Of a DNA stretch of 61,829 bases, positions 56,786 to 61,829 are shown piece by piece; within the stretch, counting starts at the first letter, position 1; each line of letters begins with the position of its first letter. The notes beneath the pieces were generated by a model. That model was not told the origin of the DNA. It worked only from the letters and a program-made list of their open reading frames with translations, and did no database searches. The stretch is taken from positions 1 through 61,829 of IMG/VR virus record IMGVR_UViG_3300042934_000981; one strand, written 5' to 3'. Source of the DNA: a virus. Taxonomy: Duplodnaviria; Caudoviricetes. The position numbers were made by a program, and so were the translations under genes.

Positions 56786-56926
56786 CAGGCTGCGCTCCTT
56801 CCTGTCGCGCTCAGAGCGCGACGTTCGTTGACTTGCAGGTGGTCGTTGCCCGCCCTGCGGTGTGCACGTACACCGGGAGATCCTCCGCAGGGTCGGGTGG
56901 TCTGGTGGCCGGCACGCACGGGCGAG

Positions 56927-57361
56927 TCACGCACGTGCCGGCTGGTCCTTGTATGGGCGCAGGCGGATGTACTGGCCGGCGTCCGGGTAGTGCCGGCCGT
57001 GCATCTGCACGCCGGCGACGGTGCCCGAGAAGAAGCGACAGCGGCCCCCACGCATGAGCGTGGGGGTGCCGAGGTGGCCGGTGCCGAGCACGATGCCGGG
57101 CCACGTGATGATCTCGACCTTGCGCCCGTCGAGCAGGCGCACGTAGGCCCAGAGATCCTGGCCGTCGCGCACCCGGGCACGGTCCTCGTCGGCCGCACAC
57201 TCGTAGCAGATCCGGGTGTCGTCGGTCTTGCTTGCGTAGCCTGCGGCCAGCCCGTCGGGCGTCGACAGGTGACCGCAGTCGAGGAGCTCGGGCTCGCGGG
57301 ATGCGCGCTCCACCTGCTCGGCTGCGATCGCGATGAGCGTGTCACCGAGGGCGGTGCTCAC
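56927..57361 (-). CDS. hypothetical protein
   Basis: LDCGH...GY....ICYEC...ITWPG motif; GTGA overlap. Confidence 0.65.
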   Translation of the reverse strand: MSTALGDTLIAIAAEQVERASREPELLDCGHLSTPDGLAAGYASKTDDTRICYECAADEDRARVRDGQDLWAYVRLLDGRKVEIITWPGIVLGTGHLGTPTLMRGGRCRFFSGTVAGVQMHGRHYPDAGQYIRLRPYKDQPARA

Positions 57362-57522
57362 GATGGCACGCTCTCGGTGTTGAGCTTCGCGACGAGCATC
57401 TCGGTCGCCTCGCGCTTGTTCACGTCCGCGGCGAACCAGATCTCGCCGTCGTCCGTGAAGATCACGCGCCAGCGATCGTCGAGGTCGCGAGTGCTGTCGT
57501 AGAACTGCGCGTAGCGACGCAT
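57358..57522 (-). CDS. small hypothetical protein (MRRYAQF...)
   Basis: TGATG overlap. Confidence 0.6.
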   Translation of the reverse strand: MRRYAQFYDSTRDLDDRWRVIFTDDGEIWFAADVNKREATEMLVAKLNTESVPS

Positions 57523-57683
57523 CACGCACGCCCAGCGTGAGCGTTGAGTGAATCGGCGATGAGCTGCACGTGCGCTCGGTCCTGCGAGTGGGTGCCGGCC
57601 TGGAACTGCCATACGGAGTCACCCTCGTCGCGGAAGATGAGCCAGTACCCGGCGGCCATCGCGAGCACCTCGTAGCGGCGCAT
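57522..57683 (-). CDS. small hypothetical protein (MRRYEVL...)
   Basis: TGATG overlap. Confidence 0.6.
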   Translation of the reverse strand: MRRYEVLAMAAGYWLIFRDEGDSVWQFQAGTHSQDRAHVQLIADSLNAHAGRA

Positions 57684-57961
57684 CACGCACCCACCGCGAC
57701 GAGCTCGGGCGTGGCGTACATCGCCCTGCGCTGGCGGGCCACGGGCGCCCATCCCGAGCCGTGCCGGCTGAGCACGGGCGAGACCCACTCGTTGTGGTAT
57801 TCGGCGCGGCGCTTCGCGTTCGCGGCCTCGCGCTCGGTGCGGAATGCCGCGGTGACGACGGCGCCCTGACCGGGCACGCGCTGGGCGATCGCGAACTTCA
57901 TGCCCGTGCGGGGGCGAAGCCCGCTCATGGGCTGGTATGCGGGGACGTTGGTGTACGACAT
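57683..57961 (-). CDS. hypothetical protein
   Basis: CCGGAAAGGA RBS after a promoter. Confidence 0.65.
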   Translation of the reverse strand: MSYTNVPAYQPMSGLRPRTGMKFAIAQRVPGQGAVVTAAFRTEREAANAKRRAEYHNEWVSPVLSRHGSGWAPVARQRRAMYATPELVAVGA

Positions 57962-57993
57962 GGCGTGTCCTTTCCGGTGACTTGCCTACGGCT

Positions 57994-58022
57994 AGCCTAG
58001 GGCCTGGGGGGCCTTAGGTCAA
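57994..58022 (-). promoter_or_regulatory. sigma70-type promoter
   Basis: TTGACC-17-TAGGCT. Confidence 0.75.
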
Positions 58023-58117
58023 CGCCGTCTGGACCGTGCGCCTGTGCTCGACGCACATGTACGACCATGTGCAAGTGCGCATGGCGCGAGGTGATGGACC
58101 CCAAACGGGTTGGGGGA

Positions 58118-58378
58118 TCAGTCGATGGGGGGTCCCGAGCACACGCTCGTCGACGAGCTCGAGCACGGGGGGAGCTGCGACGTCATGCCGTCGAGCCAGA
58201 CGAGTGCGACCACGCCCGAGATCGCGATGACCAGGGTCACGACGAGCAGCTGCAGCGCGAGCGAGATGATGCGCGTGCGGCGCCAGATGAGGCGCGTCTT
58301 GACCGGCATCCCCTTCGCCGTGGTCGCGCGGTGCTGCGACGCCGGCACGGGCGCGGGTGCGGGAACGTGGATGTTCAT
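58118..58378 (-). CDS. membrane protein
   Basis: GGAG RBS; one long TM segment. Confidence 0.6.
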   Translation of the reverse strand: MNIHVPAPAPVPASQHRATTAKGMPVKTRLIWRRTRIISLALQLLVVTLVIAISGVVALVWLDGMTSQLPPCSSSSTSVCSGPPID

Positions 58379-58616
58379 TGACTTCTCCGAATCTTCGTTG
58401 ACTACACATGTCGCGTGGCGCGTGGCGCCCTAGCACGACATGATCAGGTCGCGGGTGGGGACGTGCAGCGCGGGCGCGGGTGCCGGCTCGCCGGCGGGCG
58501 TGAGCTGCGCGCTCACGGGAACGCCAGCCGCAGGATGACGTAGCCCCACGTGCACGCGGCGAGCGCGCACAGCGTGATGATCCAGTCCGGCACGCCGGTG
58601 CGGGGCGCCCGCCCGC

Positions 58617-58895
58617 TCATGCGTGACCCGCCCACGAGCGCATGAGGCCACGCTCGGCGATGAGCCGCAGGAATTCCTGGCTCGCCGCGTAGGGCACGAC
58701 CGCGCACTCGGGCCACACGTCCGCGTGCGAGAGCGCGGTCGCGATCGTGCACGAGGTGTCGTGATCCATCGCGACCGCGAAGCACGCCTCGTGCGTGCCG
58801 CGGGCGATGACTCGTCCGGCCACGCTCACGACGTACTCGCGGGCGTCCGTAGGTGTGCGGGTGCCCCGTGTCGGGGCCTCGGTTGCGGTGTTCAT
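58617..58895 (-). CDS. hypothetical protein (probably leaderless)
   Basis: ATG 7 nt after the -10 box. Confidence 0.55.
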   Translation of the reverse strand: MNTATEAPTRGTRTPTDAREYVVSVAGRVIARGTHEACFAVAMDHDTSCTIATALSHADVWPECAVVPYAASQEFLRLIAERGLMRSWAGHA

Positions 58896-58902
58896 GTCCA
58901 TG

Positions 58903-58931
58903 AGCCTAGGGCATCCGGCACCTTAGGTCCA
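58903..58931 (-). promoter_or_regulatory. leftward promoter of the divergent control region
   Basis: TGGACC-17-TAGGCT. Confidence 0.65.
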
Positions 58932-59115
58932 GCCGCCCACTCTCGCGTACGTGCGTGTGGCACGAGGCGCCACGCCCCAACCGGGTTGGGTATGCCGGCC
59001 TCATGCGCTACACGCACGAGCACGCGCACATAGCGCGAGCTGCAGGACCCCAAACGGGTTGGGCCGCAAGGCTCCCAGAGCCACGCGCTACACGCACGGA
59101 TCTGGGGTCCGGGAC

Positions 59116-59145
59116 TTGACGGCAGGGTATGGGATGCCCTATGGT
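59116..59145 (+). promoter_or_regulatory. rightward promoter of the divergent control region
   Basis: TTGACG-18-TATGGT. Confidence 0.7.
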
Positions 59146-59220
59146 GGTCGGAGACCGGCCAGCCGGACGGTCCCCGAAGTCACACACACGGGCAGGACAC
59201 TCGCCCGGGAAAGGCCGATC

Positions 59221-60219
59221 ATGGCCAGCAAGAACACACCCGCACAGGCGCTCACGTTCGCTCAGGCGAAGGCGATCGTCGACAAGTTCCGGACCGACGC
59301 CAGGGTCAACGCGGCCCGCGTTCGCGTCGTGCTCCCGCACCGCGCGAAGAGCGCCGTGACCATCGCCGACGAGGTCTACCTCGCGTACCACGCACAGGGC
59401 GTGAACGTGCCCTACGCGTTCGGTGAGTCGACGGTGCAGACGGCGCTCAACGTCGCTCGTGTGTGGGCGAACCTGCCCACGAGCGGGAAGTCGCTGACGA
59501 CGGCGGCCGAGAACGAGATCCTGGACATGCTCGTGCAGATCCGGCGCTCGCCCGCGAAGCTCCCGAACCGGACCATCCCGAAGGGCGTCGCGGTGAAGCG
59601 CACGAAGGCGGGCACGAAGCCGGTCCTCGCCGGGGGCGACGTCGCCCTCACGCACGTGGCAGGTGCGCTCGCGACGGCAGGCACCGAGCGCTGGATGACC
59701 ATCGTGACGGGCGCGTACGAGGTGCTGATCACGGCGTTCAACGACACGCGCCGCACGGGCAAGGGCGCGAAGAGCGCACCCGCGAGCGACGACGACGCCG
59801 CGACCGACGTCGTGACGGCGCACAACGAGCGCGCGGCCGACGCCCGCGAGGGGGACGAGAAAGCCGAGAAGCGCAACGGCAAGGCCACGCGCAAGAGCAA
59901 GCACGAGCGTGACCCGCTCGAGCCCGCGAAGCCCGGCAACGGCACCGAGAACCTCCCGGGCGCTGGCGCGGGACTCGGCAACGGCAAGGCTCCCGCACAG
60001 GTGAACCCGCTCGCGGAGACCTCCGTCGAGGCGATGCTCGCCGAGATCGCCCAGCGGATCAAGCGCGGGTACGTGCCCACGCGGCGCGAGGACGACGCGA
60101 TGAACCGCCTCGCCGGTCAGTGGGAAGAGCGCGTCACGAGCGCACCCGCGAAGAGCGCGGGCTCGTACGTCGTCGCCGACTCGGCGGTTGACCACGGCGC
60201 GGTCGTCACGAGCGCGTAG
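59221..60219 (+). CDS. hypothetical protein (332 aa)
   Basis: GGAAAGG RBS; strong codon bias. Confidence 0.75.
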   Translation: MASKNTPAQALTFAQAKAIVDKFRTDARVNAARVRVVLPHRAKSAVTIADEVYLAYHAQGVNVPYAFGESTVQTALNVARVWANLPTSGKSLTTAAENEILDMLVQIRRSPAKLPNRTIPKGVAVKRTKAGTKPVLAGGDVALTHVAGALATAGTERWMTIVTGAYEVLITAFNDTRRTGKGAKSAPASDDDAATDVVTAHNERAADAREGDEKAEKRNGKATRKSKHERDPLEPAKPGNGTENLPGAGAGLGNGKAPAQVNPLAETSVEAMLAEIAQRIKRGYVPTRREDDAMNRLAGQWEERVTSAPAKSAGSYVVADSAVDHGAVVTSA

Positions 60220-60481
60220 GCGCACACGCTCGGTGAGCGCCCGTTGCCCGATCGTTGGGTGACGGGCGCTTGATCGTTGGTGCGCGCGGGCACGTTCGTT
60301 GCTTGCGCGCGTCGAGCTGCGGTCGAGCTGCTCGCGCCACGCGCACACACGCGCGAGGGCTGCGGGCGATGCCGGCCGCGCACCCGCCGGCGCACACGCG
60401 CGCGCAGCTGCGCGACGCCGGCACCCGCGCGTACGTACGCGCACACACACGGGCACGCGCGCGAGGCTCCGAAACTCGGGG

Positions 60482-60511
60482 TTGCGCTTAGGGCACGACG
60501 TGCCCTATCGT
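60482..60511 (+). promoter_or_regulatory. promoter with palindromic spacer
   Basis: TTGCGC-18-TATCGT; TAGGGCAC-GAC-GTGCCCTA. Confidence 0.55.
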
Positions 60512-60559
60512 GTCTCATGCGCGGGTCGCAAGGACCCGCCAGAACCGGAAGAGAACATC

Positions 60560-61048
60560 ATGTCGAAGTCCACGAAGTCCACGAAGGTCACCCCCGCAAC
60601 CCGCGCGCGTCTCGCTCAGGCACGCGAGGCAGTCAAGGTCGCGGTCGCGGCAGAGCGCGCGGCGGGAGCGGTCAAGCGGGAGGCACAGAGCGCGGCCAAC
60701 AAAGCGCGGCACGCGGCACGTCCCGTGCCTGTCTCCGTCGCGGCCGCACAGAGCATCGCGCCGAAGGTCGCGGCGGGAGCATCCGTGACCGTGACCGTTG
60801 CGGCGGATGTCGCGGCGAGCAAGTACGTGAGCGTTCGCGCGTTCGCGGGCAAGCGCGTGAGCGTCACCGTTGCGGCGGATGGCCAGAGCGCCAACGTCAC
60901 CGTCCCTCAGGGCAAGGGCGGGAGCGCTCAGGCGCTCGCTCAGGCCACGCGCGCACATGACGCCGCGGTCAAGCGGGTCGCGTCGGCACGCGCTCGCGTC
61001 GCGTCGCTCAAGGGCACGCCTAAGGTCGCTCAGGCACCCGCCGAGTGA
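60560..61048 (+). CDS. very basic Ala/Lys/Arg-rich protein
   Basis: own promoter and downstream hairpin (about 61057-61094). Confidence 0.7.
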   Translation: MSKSTKSTKVTPATRARLAQAREAVKVAVAAERAAGAVKREAQSAANKARHAARPVPVSVAAAQSIAPKVAAGASVTVTVAADVAASKYVSVRAFAGKRVSVTVAADGQSANVTVPQGKGGSAQALAQATRAHDAAVKRVASARARVASLKGTPKVAQAPAE

Positions 61049-61554
61049 CGTTCGCTGATCGGCCAGGGTTAGGGCATCCCCTACCCTGGCCGATTCGCGT
61101 GTGCAGCTCCAGCCGGCACAGCATGGCAGCAGATCGGATGAGTAGTGCCCTCCCCAGAAAACGTACCCCATATATTCCTGGTACGGCATGCGCATGGAGC
61201 GCGAGCGGAATGCGCGCGTGACATCCCGTCGCGACGGCTCTGCGCTGGCGCTCCGAGCCTCTCGAGTCTGGTTGCGAGGGGATCTCGTCAGTACGTCACC
61301 CTGACGCCCTTGCCTGAAAAATTTTTCGAAGTGGTTAGCCGCCAACCGTCGATCGGCCCGCGATTGTCTGTCGCTTCCGATCTCGCCGTCTCGCTGATCG
61401 AGGTGTCAAGCTCTGGTGCGACGTGCGGCCGGGTCTCAACCGGCAGGGGAGAAGGTCCGGCTCTGACCCGTGTGCGCCCTGGACAAGAGGTGCGGCCTTC
61501 CCGCTCAGAGGGGAGGTGGCAACAGCGTACCGCGTGTCGGCGGAATGTCCACCA

Positions 61555-61583
61555 CTGACATGCTCGCGTTAGCGGGGTACGCT
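61555..61583 (+). promoter_or_regulatory. putative promoter of the packaging/virion operon
   Basis: CTGACA-17-TACGCT. Confidence 0.55.
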
Positions 61584-61608
61584 ATGGGACAACGGATAGG
61601 AGCACACC

Positions 61609-61829
61609 ATGACCGCAGGATCAGATCGCATCCGATCGCACACCCTCCGCAACCTCAGCCCGACGCAGGCCCGCTCGCTCGCCCGGGAGATCGGGGAGCA
61701 CTTCGTGAGCAACAGCACTCTCGAGGAGGCGGACTTCGATGACCTCGTGGCCGAGGTGCTCGAGGCCGAGTACGACGCGGACGAGATCGAGACCGAGCAG
61801 GGCGACGCCTCGTTCGAGGCGATCAAGCC
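61609..61829 (+). CDS. small acidic protein (82 aa) spanning the circular junction; stop at 153-155
   Basis: AGGAG RBS; MTAGSDRIR...IKPQHTCGGGC. Confidence 0.7.
   Translation, partial: MTAGSDRIRSHTLRNLSPTQARSLAREIGEHFVSNSTLEEADFDDLVAEVLEAEYDADEIETEQGDASFEAIK
61703..61829. repeat. 127-bp exact terminal duplication (copy 2)
   Basis: identical to 1-127. Confidence 0.95.

Noticed and set aside
33671-58895. Integrase/repressor lysogeny module
   Set aside because: No tyrosine or serine recombinase motifs or parAB found by eye
1-61829. Abundant CTCGAG/GTCGAC/CGATCG as a signal
   Set aside because: Explained by preferred codon pairs (CTC GAG, GTC GAC, GCG ATC G) in high-GC coding DNA

Overview
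The window is an apparently complete, circularly assembled genome of a high-GC actinobacterial siphovirus. Bases 1-127 recur exactly at 61703-61829, giving a unit length of 61,702 bp. Gene content and order resemble Microbacterium-type lytic phages; this host assignment is inference. No integrase or immunity repressor is recognisable. The + strand carries packaging, head, tail and lysis genes (about 155-33573). The - strand carries about 50 replication, recombination and hypothetical genes (33671-58895): prim-pol/helicase, SSB, Rad52/Sak-like, Cas4-like exonuclease, RuvC-like, DprA, beta-clamp-like, C5 methyltransferase and HNH. The standout feature is a self-contained, oppositely oriented cassette inserted in the virion operon (13826-16135). 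It has a sigma70-type promoter, FOUR tandem Y RNA-like ncRNAs with covarying Ro-binding stems, a structured leader, a full-length Ro60/Rsr (TROVE+vWA) gene and a bidirectional terminator. Two of the RNAs are circularly permuted tRNA mimics that still carry cognate-looking anticodon loops (Asn-GUU and Glu-CUC). One is a rearranged variant and one is a minimal stem-only form. Other notable observations: an HNH gene inserted after codon 3 of a host gene that rebuilds that gene's N-terminus with an ATC start; a probably inactive miniature paralogue of the prohead protease in the early region; a tape-measure C-terminal motif embedded in the protease; an apparently split distal-tail gene; an iteron-rich origin candidate; and a family of promoters, operators and start-associated motifs. 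All function calls come from reading motifs by eye; no searches were run.
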